From Azolla caroliniana (lineage: Eukaryota > Plantae > Polypodiophyta): 64,000 bases of DNA. Positions 42,001 to 52,163 of the stretch are shown here, piece by piece (positions within the stretch are counted from its first letter, which is position 1; every line of letters begins with the position of its first letter). The notes beneath the pieces are model-generated. The model was not told where the DNA came from, did no database searches, and saw nothing but the letters and a program-made list of their open reading frames with translations. Made by a program: the position numbers and the translations under genes. The stretch lies in assembly GCA_043228905.1 (NCBI GenBank), contig JBHGNT010000001.1:33790001-33854000 (forward strand), read 5' to 3'.

Positions 42001-42472
42001 ACATGCAGGAGAAGGAAATGGTGTAGAGAGCTTGCACATGTTTGAAAATTTGAAACTCGAAGCTATAAAACCTGATGGAGTGACATTCACATCAGCTATT
42101 TCAGCTTGTACTCACACTGGCTTTGTTTTTGAAGGACTTGAATACTTTGCATCAATGAGCCAAGATTATGGCATACTTCCAGAAGTTAAGCATTGCGGAG
42201 CTATAATTGATCTCCTCGCACGTGCAGGGAGTTTCAAACAAGTAGAGAATATGTTAGCAAAGATGACGGTGAAGGCTGATCAGATCATTTGGTTATGCCT
42301 GCTTGGGGCTTGCCATACGCATGAAAATGTAGAGCTTGCAAGGCATGCCTTCGAACATGCAGTAAATCTGGAACCCAAGCATGCTGCACCATATGTCATG
42401 ATGTCAAACGTCTATGGTAAAGGAGGCATGCACATTGAAAAAACATTAGAAGTATGGCTCAATTCTGACTGA
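39080..42472 (+). CDS. PLS-class PPR protein, E subclass, 1130 aa, with elongated L motifs
   Basis: Intronless ORF with an N-terminal targeting-like sequence and about 8 P-L-S triplets (VVSWTAIISAY / TFVS..KAC / VFVGSTLVSMYGKCG). It ends with PEVKHCGAIIDLLARAG and E motifs (IWLCLLGACHTH, APYVMMSNVYG), with no DYW domain. Confidence 0.95.
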   Translation: MQYVVSTPPRLLQPQRNRYSSRASNFSHVQEPHNESFFSDDPSHYTRPHVMPKTFKITTFHGIHQDQQVCSSISTSSGASHDSEGIIQSLCHQGELDKAMDMLSDMHSPPHDNTYIALLRACYKSKGISHAKRVLNLMKKHYTSVSGLVGDYLVVTLAKCLALEDAWKVFCILPRRTVFSWTAIISAYVACGRAEEALGMRKLMHLDGVEPNSYTFVSFVKACGISRNLEQGKELHDEIRRKGLASDVFVGSTLVSMYGKCGAVTEAEVVFSSLCQRNIVSWNAMLATYVEQGEGVKTLSLFRQMQEDGVGIDRHTLLFSLQACMALSGDGKFIAVDRRRYIHMILELAHALHADAKRTGFSSDVFVGSTLVSIYGRLGAISEAVHVFCALSKRNVVSWTAIISAYVEVNQEEKALQLYWQMQTEVVSPDKLAAVAVFQACCSLAEKTEPIVNSRPNKGIALEIGQALRDDTCTNDFSSDVFLNSSLLNMYSKCGAILEAECMFGAFAQPNIVLWSTMLTLYVEQEEGEKALQLYMKMKEETVDPDEQTIVCALRAVCILAESEEALVGERWPIKVICLEIGCGLHADARRKGLASDIFVCNTLVSMYGKCGALDEAEQVFGAMSDRNVISWTAMISAYHEHGQGDKALQLYAQMQHESIHADQLTYMIALQACGILAEKEEASSALKEISYKIIALEIGQLLHEDVKMKGFGSDAFIGTALLNMYGKCGDIIEAEKVFETLVTHDVVSWSAMLSAYIDQNEGQRALQVYRQMQEERLCIDQLTSIIALQACSIIAEGDEMPVPTGMSRKTFALEIGRALHADARRKGFASDLYVSNTILNMYGKCGAVLEAEHVFNLASERNTVSWNTMITVYAEQGEEEKALRLFEEMQNQCVDYDDVTLISVLKASSLTGSSNICNELHFDIICAGYELVPSVAASIIHGYGSCARMVDAHACLDELIQPHLASWNACIIGHAGEGNGVESLHMFENLKLEAIKPDGVTFTSAISACTHTGFVFEGLEYFASMSQDYGILPEVKHCGAIIDLLARAGSFKQVENMLAKMTVKADQIIWLCLLGACHTHENVELARHAFEHAVNLEPKHAAPYVMMSNVYGKGGMHIEKTLEVWLNSD

Positions 42473-43387
42473 GGATGGGAGTTGAAATTACTATAAAGTC
42501 TGATGCATTTATAGGAGAACTGAATGTATAATGAAAACTGACAAGTAAAGATGTAGGGTTACGAAATACTGACACAGAGAAAGGGAGTGATTCTAATGAT
42601 TGACAAAAAAAACAAATAGCATGAAAGAAAAACTAGATAAGCATGACAGTCGCATACTGGAATGAACTTTGTCCTGTTATATGATTGCGTGAGTCTTTTC
42701 TTAAAGACATCTTGTGATAGGATATCCATGAATAGGGAGTTAAATATTTGAACCAAAATAAATACATTCACCATGAACACTAAGACTACTGTCAAAAGAT
42801 TTTATCAGTATCATGCGGTTGGGTCATGACTAAACACCTCTGACGTATCTTGGTATTCAGAGAAGATGGGGAAGTTGTCAATGCAGAACTCCCGTATTGT
42901 CAAAGTCTTTGTTACATGTAGAATTGTTTTATACAAAAAAGTTTCCTTTTCCATAAAAAACAACCAAATAACCTGAATGCAGATTGATGGATAGATTTCA
43001 GAAATCAGAATACTTAAACTCAATGTGATTGATATCAAATTATATGAGTAAACTCAAGGTGATTGATATCAAATTATATGAGTAAACTAAACAGTTCATA
43101 TTCAACTGCAACTGGTTATGCACAATTAATGGATAGGTTGAAATCAGAAAGCATAAATTCATGATTGTAAGATTAACAATCTTTAAATTCAAATTCCTTT
43201 CTACGTATAATGCACAATTTAATCATCACTATTTTAATGTTATAACGCTCATTTCATAACAAAAAAAGAATCTTTATCTTGAGAAGAAATAATCCATCCT
43301 ATATTTATACAGCAAGAATTTTGCTTACAAAAAGAATGCAAGAATTCTCCATTTCATGGAAACTATCCTTGTAAGGATCTACATAAT

Positions 43388-46300
43388 TCAGGCAGTTGTC
43401 AACCGGTTGATGAAGATTTGGAAAGGGCCTCCCTCACCTTGATAGCCATCAATCATCTAAAAGACAAGTTAAATAGATTACTTAGCATTGGAAGAAGTTT
43501 GTCAACTATTGTTGGATTACATGCATTATTAAGCCATATAAGAGAGACGAAAAAACTAATATACTATTAACATAAAGGAATTTTAAAACCAATAAAAGAA
43601 AATGTTGACCCAGAGAAACCTGTATGCAGTAAGCCATTATAACTGCCATCATGACATATTAATCCTAAGTTAAGATTTGTATCGTCAGTTTTCTACAGGT
43701 CAAGACTAGATTTTGGATGGCTTTGCAACTATGTTATTCATATTCCATGTGGTTCAGATCTAGCTTCCTTAGAACATAAATATTTTAGGTGATTATCACA
43801 CTAGGTCAAAACATTGTGGAAATAAAAAGGTGCCTAGAGAATCCGTTTTTTGATCCTACTGCAAGCAAGACACATAATCGTTAAATAAACCCCAATATAC
43901 ATATATAATATATTCAGTAAGAAGCACTCACAAATAGATATACACGTTCCTTCAGCAGTGGGATCATGGTAAGACCGGACACAGACATGCAAAAATCATC
44001 ATTGCATGCCCTTTTGACGAGGTTTTGTACTCCTTTGGTAAGTGGAAGTTTCTCATAGATCACAAGCATAGTATCGAATTGTGTAGTTTGGCCACATAAT
44101 GTTACATTCACTATCTGTCAATTTAAAAATCAGGAAAACATCAATATCCCTAGTAAGGAAATTTTTGCAATGTCACTCTTGCTTTCTGAAGACAGTACCC
44201 AAGATGCATTCAAGGTAAGCTAATATTTTACAGGAACAAATTTAATCAATAGCTTAGATTTCATTAGAATGATTGAAATGTACCATGTCTATGCTTGGGG
44301 TATATTGAAACACAACATCCGGACCTGAACTATGACAATCATCAAAGTCTGTATCATATATATTCATATATTTTGAGCTGTCATCATAGTAGAAGAATGG
44401 AAGAGATGGAATAATTTTTGGATTCTCCTTCGTTTGGCCACAAGGATTCATGGATGTATATTTGCAGACATCTACACAACCAAATATACATGTTACTAAT
44501 CTGGTGGTCAATGTCGAATGTATAAAATATGATTTGACATTTTGAACATGTGATTTTCAAATAGTTCAAAAAGTGATAATTCTATACCTGTATCTAATGA
44601 CACGAGAAAACCCTCTGGGCATACAACAAATCTGTTATCTCTACTTGCAAATGACCATTTAATCATTGATCTACGGTCCAAAAAGTCTGACTCAAATAAT
44701 ATGCCACCATTCTCACAGTGATTAGAGTGAAGACATCAATAAGCAATACATATTTTAAAAACGGAAAACTTGCACCAAAAAAAGCACAGAAACCTATATT
44801 CACCTGGATTTTTTGTCACCAGAACTCGAATAACTTGAGCAAATGACCAAGTCGAATCTGTGTTGAAGACCAACTTCGACGGTGAAAATACACCTGCTAG
44901 TATTGTGTTAAATAATACATGCCCAAGTACATGAAAACTCTACATATTTCCATTCATAAGCTGACTTACCTATGGTAGGATCAGAAAATTCAGGTGCCAA
45001 TGTCACTGGATAATATGGTCTTACTGTCAAACTTACAACTACAAAGTAGGATGATCCTTCAGTTGCATTATAAAATGACCTAGGATGAATATTTACGGGA
45101 GGTGGCTCCATATTCACATTAAGCAGCCTTGTTATTGTCATTGGTTTTACATATCCAATTGCATCAGGTTCTGAAGCATCAAGAATACTTTGTCGCACAT
45201 CTGATGGCCTTGCATCCACATTTTGAGAAAGGTACAAAGCTGCTGCTCCAGCCTGAGAAAAGAATATGCAGAGTATAAACTTCACAATACACAGAATTCT
45301 TTTGCTTTTTTTCATTCCTATCATTTCTAATCCAAGAAATGTCTTCATATCAAAACTCAATATAATGAAAACTATTTGGTATACAAATTAATATTGTAAA
45401 TCATTCTCTACCACATGTGGGCAAGCCATTGACGTCCCTGACAATGTTGCAAATGAAGTATCACTATCCTTGTAAGCACTCGGAATCAGCTCCCCCTGAT
45501 ATATATATATATATTTATGCATACATACATATGTGAGAAAAACTGAGGAAAAAGGAAACCATGAGTCAAGATCGAATAAACACAGTGTAGTGTAAAATCT
45601 CAAAACAAATCCTGTGGAAAGATTATTTTGATTCAAAGAAACTTCCATACAGGTGCAAATATGTTCGTGCAATTCCCATAGTTAGAAAACCAGCTCATTG
45701 CATTTAAACGGTTGGAAGAAGCTACTGATAAGACACCACTAGCTCGAGAAGGTGAATAACTGCATGCATCGCTAAGAAAATTCCCTGCGGCTGCAACCTG
45801 TTAACAATTCCTTGCAGTTAAATATGATGGGACTCTTGATAGAAGTAATGCTAACTTTGATGAGTACTTATTCAACAAATTTCTCATAGCACACTTTTTT
45901 CTCCAGTAAAACTATTCAAGCAATGTCAACGACATAAAGATGTTGGTCAAATAGTTGATAGTTCACACAATAAAAAAACTGGGTCCTAAACCTCTAACTA
46001 TGATATAATTAAAAGTTAATCACGAGCTTCCAGTTGCCATGTTGCAAATTATGAGCTTCACGATAAATAGTTAAATAACTTACAGCAAAAATTCCTGTAG
46101 AATTTACAAGGTTATTTACAGCTTGATCAATGCTTATGGAGGCTTTGGTTGCTATAGACATAGAAAGAACTGCTGGCATAATAATATTATCATTTATCCA
46201 TTCTAAGCCAGCTAAAATTGCCCCAAAGTTTCCAGCTCCATCACAATCCATCGTACGAACTGGATGGATAAAGGCACTCTTTGCTACACCACTTTTTAAA

Positions 46301-48221
46301 CCAGCAACAATTCCTATAAGAATTCATATAGATCTCTTAATGTCATTTTTTGGGGTCTTCTTTTCTTAATGTGAATCCTCGATTGTGTTATTTCTGTTCA
46401 ATTCCTTTTGAAAGAGAGATATTGTTCCATTAGTTAAAAGATTAATCAAGATCAAGGGTTCAAATGAGGCTGGTTATTGCACAACGGTCACAACCCTATA
46501 AAAAATTAGATAGTTTTCATTGGATGTGGATTAGTTTAGTTCATGCCATTTTCTCGCAAAAGATGTTTGTGGTTTCAGCTTTTGCTTTTTGATCCAAACA
46601 AGGCTATAATTAGATGTAAAATAATAATAATGGAATGGCCTGGGAAATATGTATATATATATCACTAGCTTTGATTCCTCATACCCCCACAATGTGTTGC
46701 AAATTCATTCGAAATCATTTTATCCAAACCCTTCTTACCAGAATCTTATCTCCAAAAGGTCATAATAATAGATGTCTTCAATATAAAATAAGAAGAAAAG
46801 AATGACATCACTAAAGTTCCCATTCCTCGTACCTGCACAGTGTGTGCCATGTCCATTGCAATCATTTGTTCCCAGGCCATCCTGAATCCCATCAAATCCA
46901 CCCATGCATCTACTTAAGGGTTTCCCGCTAAGATTCGTCCTTCCATCTGCATACCAGAATTCTTGATGAGTGCATCTAATTCCCTGTTACAAGCCAAGAA
47001 TACTCAGTTGGCATCTTCCCAGTGCAGATTATGTAGGTTTTAGAAAGCAGTCTAACTCCTTTTAGGACTCCATACCGAGTCTAGGATATACACATGAACG
47101 TCTGCACCTGATGCAGAAACATTGTAGAGAGAATTGAGAAGAGCTTGTCCCGGTTGATGGTCAATCCTATCAAGTCCCCAAGGAGGACTCTTTTGTATTA
47201 CACTAACCATCACAATGCCATCCACCTCGACATGATCGATTGCATATGCTTCCTTGTGAACGAGCTCTGTCAAATCAGGCCCAGTTATCACCATAAGCAT
47301 GCCTACCCATACCTTCTTGTATCTATAAAATCACATCTTTGATTAGCTCAAACTTCAAAAAGTCAGAGCTTACACCTTATAACAAAGACATAAAGCATAT
47401 ATAAGAATCATACCTGTGAACACAATTACCAGCATATCCTTCATTCTTTTCTGCCTTTGTACAAATATGGTCAACCATGGTTGAAGTAAAGGAATCCTTA
47501 AGCTTTATAAGGTACCTAGATATGCCACAATATAAGCCATAGATTCAGATAAGTATCAATATTCTAAGGCCAATGACGTCACGCTAATTTCAATACCATT
47601 TGGGATAGCTCACGTCAGCAAGTGTAGACAATTAAATCAATAAACACATTATTGGAATTTAAACATAATTACATTGCTATGACATGATTCTCCAAAACGT
47701 TTTTACAAGGTCATAGGTCCATAATATAAATCAAAATTCTGATATTGCATCCATTGATACATTCAGATGGCTAAGAAATGTTAACTGGATTGCAAGAGCA
47801 CAATTTAATTGCTAAAAACATGATTGCTAAAAATGGCAAATGAACGTCAAATGCTCTTGATAAATACACTCATTTCCATCTCAGAAATTTGCACTTAATG
47901 AGTTCAAAAAGAAGTATTTACATAAAAACATCATGGGCTAGAGGTATCTAATATAATTCGTGCATATATACTTAGAAAAAGGAGGAAACTTTACCTCTCA
48001 GGAGATGTGTAATTTTCCAGGTTCACATAACCGAGGGGAGATTTATTCTTTTCTTTACAATTGTAGAGCTTTACTGATCCTTTGGAGAACCGGCAATAAT
48101 CAGGATACACTGGCTCCAGATTCACAGGAATTGCTCCATCGCTTATACATAACAGGGTGACGAAAACAATAAGGAAAGAGAAGGAGAAGGAAGGGCTGAG
48201 ACGGAGGGTAGGGCCTGCCAT
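43388..48221 (-). CDS. Secreted proteinase K/aqualysin-type S8A subtilase with I9 prodomain and two C-terminal accessory modules; 13 exons, ~699 aa
   Basis: Exons: 48221-47995, 47515-47414, 47322-47076, 46983-46833, 46313-46084, 45797-45651, 45495-45412, 45252-44970, 44893-44804, 44686-44588, 44471-44284, 44114-43932, 43456-43388. All introns are GT-AG and the total is 2100 nt in frame. Signal peptide [16 protein letters not shown]. Prodomain [15 protein letters not shown]. Mature start [12 protein letters not shown]. Catalytic Asp VYILDSG, His [11 protein letters not shown], oxyanion Asn AAAGN, Ser [11 protein letters not shown]. Confidence 0.92.
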
Positions 48222-48437
48222 CTCTTCTCCACCAGGTCTTTCTCTTTCGCCGTGTCTCTCTGTTTTCCTTTCTATGCTCTGTTTTTGTGTCTGTGTGTTT
48301 TGTGGCGTTCCATATCGACGTTTGAATGTTTGAATCAAAAACAACACAAAAATGTGTCACGAACTTTATTTGAAGGAAATTTTTTGAAGGTTTTTCTGAT
48401 TTTGACCTTCTAGATTTGGCCAAGGCCTCGGATCGGA

Positions 48438-48556
48438 TCAACCCACTTGTCGGTCTCTAATTGAAAGATGTCTCTAACAACCCACTTGCCAGTATCTCGT
48501 TGACACAGATGTCTCTAACAACCCACTTGTCGGTCTCTCGTCGACATATGTCTCCT
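48438..48556. repeat. Three ~40-bp degenerate tandem repeats
   Basis: caacccacttg(t/c)c(g/a)gt(c/a)tct...atgtctct occurs at ~48439, ~48478 and ~48519. Confidence 0.75.
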
Positions 48557-48590
48557 TGTTAAGTCCAATCACATTTGTCCCCCTCTTAGA

Positions 48591-49418
48591 GGCACTGCAA
48601 CTGCTTCAGATGCACGTGAGGAAGTCTCCTATGACATGCTCCATGCGTAAAATGGGATTGACCTTTGTAACATGTCTCCACCATGGTGTGTCCGTGTACG
48701 TGTGTCCATGACAGTAAGTGGCCAAGTTCATCACCCAATGTTTCCTAGAAGCAACTGCATTACATGGATTTCCTTTTGTAAGGAACATAGTTTGAGTGGC
48801 ACTGCAACTGCTTCGGATGCACGTGAGGAAGTCTCCTATGACATGCTCCATGCGTAAAATGGGATTGACCTTTGTAACATGTCTCCACCATGGTGTGTCC
48901 GTGTACGTGTGTCCATGACAGTAAGTGGCCAAGTTCATCACCCAATGTTTCCTAGAAGCAACTGCATTACATGGATTTCCTTTTGTAAGGAACATAGTTT
49001 GAGTGGCACTGCAACTGCTTCGGATGCACGTGAGGAAGTCTCCTATGACATGCTCCATGCGTAAAATGGGATTGACCTTTGTAACATGTCTCCACCATGG
49101 TGTGTCCGTGTACGTGTGTCCATGACAATAAGTGGCCAAGTTCATCACCCAATGTTTCCTAGAAGCAACTGCATTACATGGATTTCCTTTTGTAAGGAAC
49201 ATAGTTTGAGTGGCACTGCAACTGCGTCGAATGCACGTGAGGAAGTCTCCTATGACATGCTCCATGCGTAATATGGGATTGACCTTTGTAACATGTCTCC
49301 ACCATGGTGTGTCCGTGTACGTGTGTCCATGACAATAAGTGGCCAAGTTCATCACCCAATGTTTCCTAGAAGCAACTGCATTACATGGATTTCCTTTTGT
49401 AAGGAACATAGTTTGAGT
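48591..49418. repeat. Near-perfect tandem array, 4 x 207 bp
   Basis: Units start with ggcactgcaactgc at 48591, 48798, 49005 and 49212 and end with ...catagtttgagt. Only a few substitutions separate the copies. Confidence 0.97.
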
Positions 49419-52163
49419 CTGGAAATATTTTCTGCCATGGAACACACTCAATGTCGTTTTTTCTAGTAAGGAACACAAAGAAAGTGGCTTTCTTGCAAGG
49501 AATATACGCAAATTGTGTGTGTGTGTGGTGGTTATTTTGGTGGGGGGGGGTTGTATCTTGTGAAATGTTTTGAGCTTGATGGGCTATGTTATGCCACATT
49601 ATGGCATTCTTCTAAGGAGTGCGGTAACGGCAACGCCCTTGCAAATTGTTTCAAATTGTTATGGTAGGCTCTAGCTCATGTATAGTTATTAAAATTAAAT
49701 TGGGAAGCCATGTTTCAAAATGAGCAGGCCAGTTTTTGGCTAAATGTTTTGATTTGAATGGGTGGGCTATAGATTTTTTTGTATGGTATATAGGCAACGC
49801 TCATAATTCTAAAAAACTTGTACACTTCAATTTTAGTACTCATATATAACTAGTAGTCACCACATAAAACACTCCTCCCGTGTTCATTTCCTAAAATTTC
49901 CCTTGTTTTTCCATACACTATTTTTATATACTAGCTCATTAAAGATTTGATGAATAAGAGGTACTGCATCACATTGTGTTATGGACATGATGTCTTGATT
50001 TATCTAGAATCCAAATGTTTTATTAGTACACATGTAAATTTGTGGCCTTCTAATTGCCAAGTTACACATTCATTGGTATCCTTGAAAATTTGCATTTTAT
50101 TCATCCCTTGGTATCCTTGAAATTTTTCATTTGATCAATCTATTCATTCCCAATTCAATCATGTGGGTGTGAATATGGGCGTATTGAGTTGGGTTGGCAC
50201 TTGCTTTTACTCCTCAAGTGGTTTTGCACTATGTAAACAAATCTTTAACTTGGCAAGATTTTGGAGTTTTTGGATTTCAACCAAACACGTGTAATATGTT
50301 GTTGCCCTAGACTAGTTACTAGTCAACATCGTCAATTTCTTTCTAGATTCCCATATTGGCTTTCAAGGGGAGAGAGGACGATAGCTACCCTTCCCACCAT
50401 GTTGTATTGTTATGCATGCAACAGGACAAGATTGCAATATTTGTTTGGCTACTATGGCCTCACGTTCGTTAAGCCATCAATTTGATAATTTTCTTAAGAA
50501 TCAATACTCACAAAATTCAGCTTTCCAAATGAAGTGCTTTCTAGCACCATTTATGCATATTTAGCACTCTCTTTTGCATCTTCTTTACCACCTACTTTCA
50601 AGTTTCCAATCATTTATTTAAGGTAGGGAAATCTAAAACACCATGCTCTTAATTGTTCAACAAATTCCCTCATTTTGCATATTGTGTTCCCGAAACTCCC
50701 AAATTTGCCTCCATGATTTCATAATCCAAGCAACACAATATTTTTTTCAACATCAATCAAGGTGCTCCATCCAAAACTAATTGATGAAACTGAAAAGCTT
50801 GAATATCCTATAGTTCTTCACGATAGTGCTTCAAGCTTCACTTTTGCTTCATTTTATCGGGGGTGAGGCAAGTCATTTAACTATTTGCTTGCGCTTTTTA
50901 ACTCCTTCATGACATCTAATTGCTTGATTGATTGATAACGGTTGAATCCTCTTAATCTTCGCTAGGGCATGAATGCCTCACTAAACAAACCCTCCATTTG
51001 CCCAAAACCAAAGGATGCTTTTGTTCCCTCATCGAACTTGTGGAAGAATTTTCATTTGAATCTAAGAAATAGTAATAATCAAGTGTTCTTCCTCTCATCC
51101 CTTTCAACAAACAACGATCTTTTGAATTGAGGGATGCATAAGGGAAGTCACTAGAATTTTCTACTTGTTCTTTTCTTACTTTGACACTCTTGTTCATTGT
51201 TTTTGCTAATACCGAACCTTCTCTAATTGAACTTCCCTTATTCAAGCAATGCATAAAATCGGCATTGCTTGTAACACTAGGATTTCCAGGATGACAGTAC
51301 TATCCCTCATCAAAGAATGATGCAGATTGCATAGAGGGAGCAGATTCAGAATTCATGACTCAAATGATCTGATAAAAGGTTCGTGACTGGAGAGCAAACC
51401 CATCAGAAAATTCTTGAGCTGTTGGTCCTTCTATAATCTTCATCAAATGCAATTAAGTATGCTGAAGAATTCAACAATCATTTAACACTTCAAATTTAGT
51501 GTATTAATTTCTCCACAGAATTGTCTAATAGCTTGATTGGAGCTTCTTGAGTACTCCATCAAAAGCAATTAACTCATAGTACTTTTTCATTCATTTTGCA
51601 GTCCAAGCCCGAAACGTTTTTCGTAACTAAGGTCATTATTTGTTGATAAAAAATAAAAGGAAACCCTCGTTTATCTGTAGTCATTGATTATATTAATCAT
51701 TGCATTAGCGTGCGCTTGCGTATACGAAAATCACACATATCTCTGTACACCAAGGGTTAAAGAGAACACAAAATTTTGAGCACTCATGGAACATAAAAAT
51801 CACAAAAAGTTTTATTACCTAAGAATAATGATGGACTCCATGTTTCTCAATGCTCAAGTCTTTTGCGTAAGAATATAATGGGCACATTGTCCAATTAGCA
51901 AAATTAACAAAAAATAGTAACCAAGTTACATTCGATGAAAGAGTGGAGTACCCAGCATATCACACTACTACGTATTCCATCTTTACCCACTTAACACATG
52001 AAACTCATTCCATCATAGTGATTTGCAATACATATTTTTCAGATTGGCACACATATTTGATCTGATCCATATATATATTCATGCATATATCTGAATGTAT
52101 GCAGACCCTCCTCCTTTGATATCTTTGGGATGTAAATTTATTCATTTCCCAGTTTTTATCCTC

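Noticed and set aside
43388-48221. Bacterial or fungal contamination as the source of the aqualysin-like gene
   Set aside because: It has twelve AT-rich GT-AG introns of the same style as its neighbours and is contiguous with plant PPR and NLE1 genes.
48591-49418. CRISPR-like array
   Set aside because: The units are identical end to end with no unique spacers, there are no cas genes, and the context is eukaryotic.
48606-49511. 301-aa ORF of 69-aa repeats treated as a protein gene
   Set aside because: It follows from a 207-bp (multiple of 3) tandem unit that lacks a stop in one frame. It has a TTG start and no recognisable domain.
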